NCBI GenBank assembly: GCA_951804945.1
Contig: OX638158.1
Coordinates: 33,046,001 to 33,110,000 of the forward strand
DNA: 64,000 bases
Direction: 5' to 3'
DNA from: Podarcis cretensis
Lineage: Eukaryota
Shown here: in pieces, positions 49,701-61,300 of the stretch
Position numbering within the stretch: position 1 is the stretch's first letter
How the letters are laid out: every line of letters starts with the position of its first letter
Notes under the pieces: model-generated
Database searches by the model: none
Told to the model about the DNA's origin: nothing
The model's input: only the letters and a program-made list of their open reading frames with translations
Position numbers and translations under genes: made by a program

Positions 49701-52700
49701 TTTTTTCCTAAATGATGTAAGTTCCTTAAAGCTTAATTTTAGGCCATAGCTCAGGCTTCAAACAAACAAGGGCATGGCAGTCTCTCTCTTCCAATTAGAA
49801 CATTCCTTGCTAAACTGAAGTTTGTTCAAACCCCTCTTTTTACTAGAGGTAGAACAATCTCCTCTCATATTTGCACTGGAATTAGGAAGAAACTAGCTCA
49901 CCACATAGATAATATCTCCCTCAGTCACAATGAGCCACCTTCACTTGAACAGGTATAGCAGTATTCAGCACTGAGTGCCCAACCATTGATTCAGAATTAT
50001 TTTGACGGAATGCAACTTAGATTTGTTTTCGAGATAGTAAAACCTTGTTAAATAATACACTATAAAAGAAAATCCAGATCACTTTTTTACAAATATATAA
50101 CAAGCTTTAAAATGCACATTTACTTATTCTGATTGCTAGGTTGCATTTTTACTATTCTCACAGTTCTTTAATTTACAGTAGTAGGCGTCATAAAAATATT
50201 GTCATTAAGTGAAATCCTGTTGTAATTCTTTGCTTGAAACTAGTTTGCTACTCTTTAATTTAGCAAGTTTGCTACTTAATTGCAAGATTCTTGTGTGACT
50301 AATTCTGACACAGATTTTTAGATATGTATCTGAGCAACACAAGGAAGCTCAATATGCATGGGAAACAGTCACTTTAAGTAGGAATATTTAGTCACTACTG
50401 TCACCAGATAGCTGCCTAGATATCCAAAGAACAGGTTCCTCAGATGGAGTAGAACAATATGAAAAGGATTCTACCTTTTTAGCCAGCACTTTTTGTGCTG
50501 CCGGAACTGAAATTAACTTTGCTAGTTTGATTTAAGAAATACGAATTCTTGATACAATTTCTATAACTTGTGGAAATTTGTTCAGTACTACTTCTTCTTT
50601 TTTTTTTTTGCTAAGAATGTTACATTTTGTTGAGAATTGTGTCACACTTTAGGAATACCAGTTCAAGTTTATTCAATATTTATACCACTATCAGACTAGC
50701 ACTATTATACTAAAATTCTCTCCAGTGAGAATAGTTTAGCCCATTTCCAACTAACCACTCATTTCCTTACAGTTGCTCAAATACACCTAATTACCATACT
50801 CTCACCTGTGTCTATGTTCACCTTTGTAAGTAAACATTAACGTTACAGAAAACATATGAAACATTAGGGCTGTCGGGAATACTGCCATGTGTGAAAGCAA
50901 GCACCTAATAATGAATGCCATGATACAGCAGTGATAACATTACACACACTAATTACAGAAGGGAAAAGTCATTTTAACAGCATAAAGTCATATTGGCAGG
51001 TTCAAGGTTCTTCCAAATACCTCCTAGCACTTTAGGACCTCTGAGTATACTTTTTGAGGAAAGTTGGGAACAAAAACAAAGAAAAGGCACTTAACCAAAG
51101 GACAAAGGCCTGAATCAAGTAAGTTGGAGTGATAACACTATTCAGAGACAGAACCAAATTATATAAAAACTTTTACACGTTGCCATAAAATTAAATTGCA
51201 TAAAATGTTGATCAGTTGTTTACCTTTGTGTTTCGTTTTTAGAAAATAGAATAAGCAAGCAATTCTACAATGACCAACACTGGAAGAGACCTGGGTGAAA
51301 ACCTTCCAAAGCTTAGCCTGACTGCAGGCTTTACTTCTTCCCTGCAATACTATCCTGAAAAGTCCCAAAATAAAAAAATAAGCGCAGTCACTATATCTGT
51401 TGCCAATGCACTCCAATAAATCAAGACATTCTAATCTTCCTGTGGGCAACCAACTCTAAAACCAATCTGTAAACTAGATTTAAATTGACTTATAAATATA
51501 GCCAAAAGTTCTTTCCACGAATGTAGCAGCAAACATAAGACAGTTGGGAGCTTTAAGAGACTATCTGTCAGATGATTATGGTTCCGTATAACTGATGGTA
51601 GCTTCGGAATTGCAGAATCTTTACTTTTGTACCAAGTGGAGAGGCTATGCAGAGGCTGGATTAGACTGCTAAAAATGGAAAGAGGTGTCATCTTGCTTGT
51701 CTACCCCACTTCCAGCCTATACTACTGGATAAATTAAAAGTCACTTCTTATTTAATAAAACAGATGTCAAACCCACAGCACCCACACCTGGGACTTTGAC
51801 AACATTCCCAACCATCTTCCGGGAGACAAGCAGATATAAAAGTCTGAACAAAAAGGAGTAATTTAAACCATCAACTTTTATCTTAAGGTTGGAGGAGAAC
51901 AATATATTGTTAAGACAACTGACGTTTTTGCATTTTGTAGTTCAATGCCTGTATCCTTTATCTAGATTTTGGATAAATTCCAGATAACCTAGAAATAGCT
52001 GGTGTGTTCCCATAAGGTTAAGCACACATAGCAGGAGGCATAATTTAAATAATATTCAATTTCCAAACCTGTACTTGAAAATTATTGCTTGTATTTGAGG
52101 CTCAGAGTGAGCTTGCCATTTTAGTTCCTGGTTCAGCTCAGCTGCCCAGAATAACAGCTTTGACTTATTGCTTGTGAATACTGAGGGGGTTAGGACAAGA
52201 GCAACTTGAATTCCCAAAGGCCTTTAAAAATACCACACAACTAAATGGAATCTTACCATGCAGGAAGTTCATCAAATTAAACCGCATTAGAATGCTATTT
52301 ATCCTCTTCTAGCCAATTCATTAGATCCAACTATTCAGCTCATGTGCCTATATCTTTTTATTTTATTTTTAAATGCTGCACCTCACTGTGTTGATTCATT
52401 CCAATATCTTTTGCCCCCTTTACTATGCACACAGTGCAGAGTTGGCATCTATCATTATTTTACTGGTGTCACAATGTCTTCAGATACTTACAGCTGGCTG
52501 TTTTTGAAACTTGATCATCTGAGAGTTCACATTGTATGCCCAGCTTATTCCTGTTTGACTTTTTTGTGGCGGGATGAATGACTGTGTAGTCTGACCTATC
52601 AACTCATTCACTGATTTAATATATTATTAGAATACGCATGAGCTATACTGAAGGGGCAGGCAATTTGTGCTATTTTGTTCTAAAGGGGGAAATTTCATTT

Positions 52701-55286
52701 TTCAGTAGCTTAACCATGGACTATAATTTTGCTTTATAAATACAGAAGAGCTTAAAAGGGAAAAAGTGACATAAATGAATTGTCTGGTACAATATTTCTA
52801 TCAGTGATAAACACCTGGAAGCAAAAAACTAAGTCTGCCAGAAAAACATTTGACCTCCATACTTTCTCCTACTGCATATTAGAATGAACAGAGGGGGGAA
52901 AGGAATATTGCCTGCCTAAGATTTAGTGTTCATAATAAGATCTGCAAAGGCAGACTCATCACATGCCAAATTATCACTAAATTCCTTCTAGTTAAGCCAA
53001 TGTAACCTCACATTTGATGGTATTTCATTGAAAATACATTTCTACCTCACTCAAGCAATAACTGCATTTATTATTTTTATTTTTTCAATGTAGTCACACT
53101 TTCAAGATACATTAAAAAAGGATTCAAAAACATACTTAATTTGCAATGCAGGCTTTAAATTGCTACAAGGGAAAGCCAACACTATAGTAACAAGCTTGCA
53201 GAGAATGTAAGATTTTGTATGTTTATGCATGGAATATATGCTGTGGTGAACAAGGAAGTTTTCACCTTTATCTCAAGGGTCAGCAAAATGAGTAAGAGAA
53301 GAAAATATACCAGTTAATAGTTTTGTGACTCTAAGGTTTGGGGGAATGAACCAGCCAAATATATTCTGAACTAAGTATGGCAAGTTTGTAGTCTCTTCTA
53401 CCAAACTACAAGAAATATTTTAGAAAAGTCTTTTGTTTACCTTGCATTTGGTAAAATTCAATATTTAACTGAGTTTTTTATTCCATGATGTTGTGCAAAG
53501 TTCTTTATTGGTGGGCTCAACCCAACATTCAGTTACTTTGTTTATATTATATATTATTTATATATGTATATTTTTTACATATAGAATTAGTGTGAAATCT
53601 AAATTAGTAAATATAACATACCTGGCTTTCTAAGATGAAGGAACATACCTGGAAACAAAAAATGTGTCTGGTAGAAGGCAGCAGCAAGTGTGATCTAGGC
53701 CACTATACAGTAAAGCTATACAGGTATGTGGGTAGAACACTATGAAGAGCCAAAGATTTCTCTGAAGTTTTAATGCAGCCACTCATACTGTTCAACAGAC
53801 AAGCTGCTTGTCTTCTTAAACTGTAGCTTAACCAATTTGCAGTTGAAGTTTCAAAGAAACCCCCAGCTACACATGTTCTCCTGCATGCGCATATACCTTT
53901 ATTGGAGAATGGCCTTCATTTTCAGATTACTTAGATTTTTCCATTTTTTCAGGCTAGAACTGGTCAAAATGTTTTAATAAGATTTAAGTGAGAGAAAATA
54001 GATACTTTTTACAGAAGAGCACAATATCTCATGCCTTCTTGATTTTTCTTAACAAAATTATATTTTGATCCAAATATTCCTTCTGTAATAATTACGAAGT
54101 GCAATACAAGATTTGCCTCCCCAACATCTAACTGAATGTCAGCAAAGAAGTTGTGTCCCTGTGCAACAAGGGAGTCAGGTTTTATACCTCCTAGCTATGC
54201 AGGTATTAGGAATGCTGGAGGTACATATTTTAAGCCAAGGCTGAAGGCACCTCAACTACTCTTTGGAGAAGGTTTTGAACAGTACTGAGAAAAGCAAGAC
54301 TCTGTACAAAAGCAAGCTACATGTAGTTATTGTGAGCTGGAAATCAATACAGTGTGAGACTTTTTAGAGCTATTACAAGAGGGAGAAGAACCAGAGACAA
54401 GACTTTCTTCACAAAGGATCAAAACTGGAGATTTCTGGATTATGTTTATGAAAAATAAGGCAACTCTGAAGTACTACAGCAAGATTAAGGGCAGGAAAAG
54501 ACTTTCTTCAGAAGATACTGAAAGCAAGATCTGGTCTGATGAAGCCAAGTAAGTTCTCATTTTATATTTGAGTATATGAAGTTAAATTGAAGAATGGTTA
54601 CAGAACACTCTCCGACTTTTCCCTTCCTCCCATCTTGAGAGGGAAAAAACTCTACCCTGGTCAATGACATTACCTATGGTGAACAATCCTCCCCGTCTGT
54701 AATCTTTAGGCTCTTCAAAGAGATAGTGACAAAATGGCCTTAGCTTGGTGTGGAGAAAATACTTTCTTCCTTGCTTTTTCTACATAATCACAATTTCTGC
54801 TTTATATGCCACATTATCCAAAGCTGTATAGAATGTTCCTAACTGGCATATACTGTAAGCTTCCCTGGGGACAACAGATGTATGGCCTCACTTGCATGAT
54901 GGATAGAGATGTCTATTTTAGCTTCCTTTCACAGATCCTCTATCAGATATCAGCCTGAAAGAAGGTTTGTGCTGCTGTAGGTTTGACAACTGAACCTATT
55001 TGGCCAAACCTTTCTGAGCTATTCAGAAAGGATAAAAGGCTTTGGGAATTCACTAGGAGATATCAAACTATGAACCATTTTTACATGAACACTTTCCTCC
55101 TTTTCCTTCTCTCTTTGATCAAGTATTCTTTTCTTTTTCTTCTCCTCCTCCTCACCACAGTGCTTGGAATCAGAATATGTAAACATTGACAGAAACAGCA
55201 GCTCTGTGTCCGCGTAAGCACTTTCCCAACTGGTCAGTCTCCATCAGCAAAGCAGAACCACTTTAACTCCCTTGCTCATCAGGACA
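46715..55286 (-). other. UBN2: UBN2 long 3'UTR (probable), polyA signal AATAAA at 46736-46741
   Basis: About 8.5 kb of AU-rich sequence with no recognisable TE, ending GCTGTATTAAATAAAGAGG; TEs resume beyond it. Confidence 0.6.
48071..48120 (+). repeat. 23-bp tandem duplication
   Basis: GAATAATTTCTGCTCAATGCTCT twice, plus GAAT. Confidence 0.95.
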
Positions 55287-55336
55287 TCACTGGGTTTTCC
55301 TCTGTAACTTAGTGTCCCCTTTACTTTGGCCTCCAT
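55287..55336 (-). CDS. UBN2: UBN2 terminal exon coding part
   Basis: TTCCAG acceptor; DGGQSKGDTKLQRKTQ TGA. Confidence 0.92.
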
Positions 55337-58300
55337 CTGGAATTTGAAGATGAAAGGGGGGGGGGATTCATATAAGGTAAATTGTCTTATTATGTAAATT
55401 ACTCTCACGAAATGTAATGAAATATGATGGAAACCTGCATTCCCACTTGGCAGCCTTTACAACAAAAACAATTTTCATGCAACACCTTTGTGGAATTCAT
55501 TGCCACACTATGTGGTACATTCCAATGGGTTCAAAACTGGCAAAGACAAAACTTAGCAAGTAGGCAAATACTAAGAGGCCTAGCCATGCCAGATATGCCA
55601 GTATCCCAGCACCTGACTCCAGAAGCAAGAATGTGGGAGATAGGTTAATTGGTCTGTTTTGTTGAAATTCCACTCCAATTCTTTCTGAGAAATATGTATT
55701 TGAGAAAAATGCCTTATGAAAGAGCTCAGTTCACTTGTTATTTTATATATGCAGTGACAGATAATGAAAGTAGGTGAAAACCCAATATTCATCCCAAGTT
55801 GAGAATTCTCCTTGAGATGTACAGATAAACAGGCCCTCAAGCATTCTCAGAAGCCATTGTTAGGTCCTAGGGTTTTCTGGAGTACTTCTGGCAGCTGCCA
55901 TCATGGAAATGTTGGAAAAACAGATTCTCCAGCAGTTTTCACTATTGTAGAATTACGAAAGACTTAAGCCACGATGAGAAAATTGTTCTTTCACTTTTAA
56001 AAAGTGTTATTTCACTTTCTTTTTCTTTTAAAAAGACAAGATTTTTTTCCTTACCTGTATAAGCTTGCTGCAAGTGAGCAGGCAGAGGTGTGTGAGACAG
56101 CGCTGTTGCATGCTGAGCTCCAGGCGGTAAACTCTTCAGTAAATCTGAAGTAGCGTGGATAATAAAAAACAAATACAACCACAAAAATTAAGAGCTAATT
56201 GATGCAAACAATCTACTTTGCATAAATGCACAAAGCAGCTTTACTTTTTTTTGTCCAAAACATCTTCAGTAATGGTTACCAGTTCAATATGCATATGTTC
56301 TTTCAGTAAATGTAACAGATACATTCTTTAAAATGCCAAGTATGCAACCTAACTAAGGAAATATCCTGTTTGATACAACTTTTGTTTTTAATATATGCTA
56401 TCCTGTGGTAGTGGAACAAGAAATATAGCTAAATAAATGTGTCAACTTAAGTCTTCCCAGGAAACTAATATTAAACGTTCCAAGTCTAATATCAAACAAA
56501 TACTGAAATCTACATTTGGTAAACAGGAAGGGAAAAAACTGTTTACAAAAGATGCACTTACGATATCAAAGGCAAAGCTTATTTTCGATTGTAAGCTATG
56601 GTGCTCATTTTAATCGATTTTCTGGGATGCAGAATGTTAGGGTTTTGTCCCACTTTATAAACAAAAATTTCTCAAATTCCAATTATCACAGGGCACTTCA
56701 TCCAGAAAGGAAGTAAAAAATCAGTATGCACATAATGTGGAAAAACATACACATTTACACACATAATATTGAGAGTTTAAAAATAGCCATTAACAGCAAC
56801 CAAAAAATAAAATCCTCACCTACAAACTGTGAAGTATTTCTAGAGATCCCTGCATTTTCCTTGCAATTACAGAGTTTATGTGAAAGGAGGCTTAAAGAAA
56901 TTGGATGGGAAAAATATCTAGCCTTACTTACTCTGCGCTAGGCTGTGGTGGAAAGCCGCTGAGGTAGATCCCGAGTTGGTTGTTACTCCAGCTGTGTCTG
57001 TTCCAAAGCCAAGTAGTTCCAATGGGAACTGAAAGGGCACAGTCACAGGAACAAGGCTACCCAGCATCCCAAAAGGAGCCAATGGAGCAGATGTCACATT
57101 CTGATTGGTTACAGACAGGGGTGATGTCATGAGCGTCAAAGGTGAAGCATTTGCCAGTAATGATGCACCTGTTGTTGACTGTATAGAGACAAGTGTTACT
57201 TTTAAATCTGTTTTACAGCTTTTCTGGGACACACCCAAGAAAATAAGGTTAATTATATAAATATCTGAAGTTTTACTACCTAAACAAGGGTCATGCTTTT
57301 CTACACATTGCCTATGTGGCTTCTGGTACAACTTTATAAAATATTCAGGTAGCAGTGAGTGCTGTGTTCCCTTTTTGTCTTGCCATTAGTGTAAGTTACT
57401 GTTTCAACAATTAATAGTTTTAAATGGGAAAGTTTTATAATGCTTCAACCATTCCCTCAGCTTCTCTTTCCCACAGCATTGCATCCATTGCACTTACATT
57501 TAAAATTCAAGATTTTGTAACAGTGTTACTGAAGGCATAAATTATTTCATAGCACAATTTAATGTATGCTTACTTGGAAGTAAGTCCCAAGGAGTTCAAG
57601 GGGGCTTATCCCAGTAAGTGTACTCAGGATTGCAGTACCAGTTTAGGGAACAAAGCAGCTATAACCAAGAAACCCTAGTACAAGAAGGGAAGGATTTCTG
57701 CAGTTATCATAATTTATTATATGTACTACCATTCTAACATGTTCACCCTGAACATAGAAATACAAGAACAGACAAGAATCAAATGCAGCAATCTTTGAGT
57801 GTGTGCTAAAACTATGGCAAGAGAATACTGGATGGGGTTTGGATGAGTTGGCCTAATCTGCCAGGCTATGCCAGGCTCTGCAACTGTTGAGCTACCAGCT
57901 TCGCACAATAAACTATGGGTCAGTGGAAGATAGTGCTGCAGTATGCTGCTGGTAATAGCCAGCGGCTGCAATCTCCTCAGGAACCCTCACACATTTGTGA
58001 CTTTTTTTGGCTTAGCATTATGTGCAAGCCAGCTGTGTGTCAATAAACGGATGCTCTAGAAACTAACACAGTAAATGCTGAAAAGGACTACATAAAATGG
58101 TATGAATGTATGAAGTTCAGAAAGCTCTTGGAAGATTTGATACACAAAGAAGGAAATGTAGAAGCAGAAAATATTACAGTGAAAGCCGAGTTAGGCTTTT
58201 AGATGAAGGACCGCAGGTAAGAAGGCTTACAGTATAGCTACACTGGCTGTAGGTCCTACCATTGGATGAAAGGGAGGCTGACAAGCACAGTATTAGCTGC

Positions 58301-61300
58301 TTTTTCTGCCCAAGGCCCCTCATTAAGAAAGTGGTAGTAGACATGGAGTCTGAAGCAGTTATATAGAAGAACGGACCAAATAAATATTAATTTTGGGAAC
58401 AGTTGCTTTTATAAGCAATGCTTTACTTTAAGTAATGCTACATTTAAGGAAATAAAAATGATTGCTGCTTAAATTATGGCAGGATACAACAGAAGAGTAA
58501 TAAAACATTAGACAAGCACCATTGATTAAAATTGTTCAGACTGACAATATGCTCTAACTCGTGTGTGTTTAACTCATGAGATGGTGAGGCCTATTCCATA
58601 TAGGAAATTATAGACTAGAATGAATATTAGAAGATAGAACTTGCAGCAAACATCACAGAAAAACACTGTAGCACCAGAATTGCTTTGGCTTGCTTACCTG
58701 GGTTATGTTCAAGTCTAAAGTAATATACAAATTTAAAATAACACTTTTATAACAAAAAGATAGAAGATGTTGATTAAAATAAGAAAACAGAGAGGGGAGT
58801 GAAAAATGAAAAAGAGTTTCACACAATGAAACTGCTTTTTCCATGTAATGTGAATTAGTCTTGAAACAAATCTCAACATGCTACTGTAAATATGCTGAAG
58901 TTTGCTCCCACTGTATATTGTGCTAAACAAATGTGTCGTTTATGCCAAGAGTGACTAGGGTTTTCCCCATCTACTTCAAATATAATAAATTCTCATTTAT
59001 TCTGTACTGTGAAACACATAAGGGATATGTGGGATACAAATCACATATATACCCCTATCTCACATCACTTGCTGCCACTGGCAGGGCAGAGAAATGCACA
59101 AAATAATCACACTGCAAAATGGGGTGAGCACTTTACTGAGTAAAAGCCAACATAGGCTGCTGTTTTCAGTGTCACACAATGTGCAGTTCCACCCTTAGGG
59201 TGCAAATTGTCTCTTTTGAACTTTAAAGCTTCATACCCTCTCATCAGTGTGAAGGTGTCTATATACATTTAGGATGTAATCCTACACATGCTAAGTTAAA
59301 GAGTTAGTTCCACTGAACTCAATGAGGCTTACTTCTTAATAGACATGTAGAGAATTGCACTATTAGTGTAATTACATTTATGAGGAAGGATAAATAGCCC
59401 AAAATAGAATACACATGTTATGCCTATAATGAGCTTTCATTCAACACATACCTGCACACTGGCTGGTATAACTGTAGACCCTGAGGCAGAAGATGGTCTG
59501 TGTGGAGTTGACAATTGTTTAGTAGCACCCTGTGTTCCACTTCCTGCTGCCCCAGAGATACTAGTCCTATTAGCTCCACTTGAATTAAGATTGCTGCCTC
59601 TGTTGACAGGTACATTCATTCCAACTCCACTTAAGTTGCTTTTGCCAACCGTTCCAGAGGCAGAAGAGTTGGACAATTTTGAAGGAGCCTGAGGGTTCTT
59701 TGCTGGTTGAAGGCCTGAGGTGCGGTTAGAGGACAGTAAATTAATTGTAGGAGACTGCCTGCTGACATTTGCTCCACTGGGCTGTTTGTGAAGGGAATTG
59801 TTGCTGCTAGAGTGACTACTCTGGGATACTAGTGCACTTGAACTGGAAGAACTGGAAGATGATACAGGCTTGGGTGTTGAAGTGGACCTTGCTGAGGATA
59901 GTTTAGGGGACACAATAGGTTTGGGTGTTACAGAAGGCTTGGGTGCTGTGGGCTTAGGAGAGGCAGCAGGTTTGGGGGAAGGAACCATGGAGAAAGGAGG
60001 CTTGAAACCCTGGGCAGAAACTTGTGATACCATGGTCTTGGCTAAATAGTTACTAGAGGTAGAGGTGCTGGATGCTGTCCGAGACACAAGTGGGTGAGCC
60101 ATCTGGGAACTACTCCCAGACACGGTGCTAGTCAGGCGGTATGCTACTGGTTTATCTGATGTCTTGGTAATTGGGGACGAACAAGAGAGTTTAGGGTTGC
60201 TACTTAGTTTCACCACAGGATTGGTGTGAGATTTACTAATAGTTGCTTGTAGAGGAGACACATATTTTTGTTGGGCAGCTGACTGCTGGTGAACCTTTGT
60301 TATTTGTAATGCTGAAGAGCCACAACCGTGGGCTTCTGAAGAGGATACAAGGACAGACGTATCCTTTGGTCTCTGAGAAGCAGAGGAAGCTGTGGCTTGG
60401 ATCTTACAGGAAGAAGAAATGTGGGCCTGTGAAGAGGAAGCAGCTTGAATCTGGCTTGACCTCTGTAATCCTTGTTGCAGAAGCTTGGCTGGCAAGGGCT
60501 CCAATGAAACCTTGGGATTCTGAATTGAAGATCCAGCAATAAGGCCTGAAGAGATACCAGTCTGAAGTAAATCCTGGGATTTCTTTGGTCCTGGTCCTGT
60601 GTGCCCAGCTATAAGACTTGAAGAATGTGGTGTTTGAACAGTCTCTACCTTTTTTGAAGATGACAGAGGTAACTTGCTCATTATACTTGCTAACTTCTCT
60701 TCTCTCAGCCCAGGCCGAGGTCTTGAAGTTGGTGTCTCTACAGAGGGCACAACAGGAGAATTCTTGGCTCCATTGTTAATAACGGCCAAAACATCAGAAA
60801 TGGATTCCAATGATGGTGGATTGAAGGAGAGATCTTCATCCAGTGAATCATCTAGGCAGATGGTCTCCGGAGTAGGATTACAGCTAGAACTGGCCAGGGC
60901 AGTGACAGGTGTGCTGGTACTTGAAGCAGGAACACAAGCTGAAGTAAAAGGGGTACAGACTCTTTGTTCCTTCTTTGGACTAGAATCCTAGTGTGAAGAA
61001 ATAATGAAAATTAAAATATTATTCTGCAAGTAAGAAGGAAGAAATTTCAAAGAATGCTTGTGTCTTGCCTGTTTGTAATCATGCATGGTTCCATTACTGT
61101 AGTTTATTTGATACCAGATTGCAAAAACAAGTATACTTGCTTATCAGTTTTAATTTTTTAAGCCCTGCAGGGTGTAGTTATTTAAAAGAAAACCTAAATC
61201 TACTACTGAATCTGTTAAAAAGAGAGATTACTCCCATATGAGCCCACTAAGCCCTGCTGCAGGTGCTCTGTTCTAAATACCTTCCGTCCAATAAATAAAT

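Noticed and set aside
59420-60991. Plus-strand ORFs antisense to the large UBN2 exon
   Set aside because: Shadow ORFs caused by codon bias of the real minus-strand exon.
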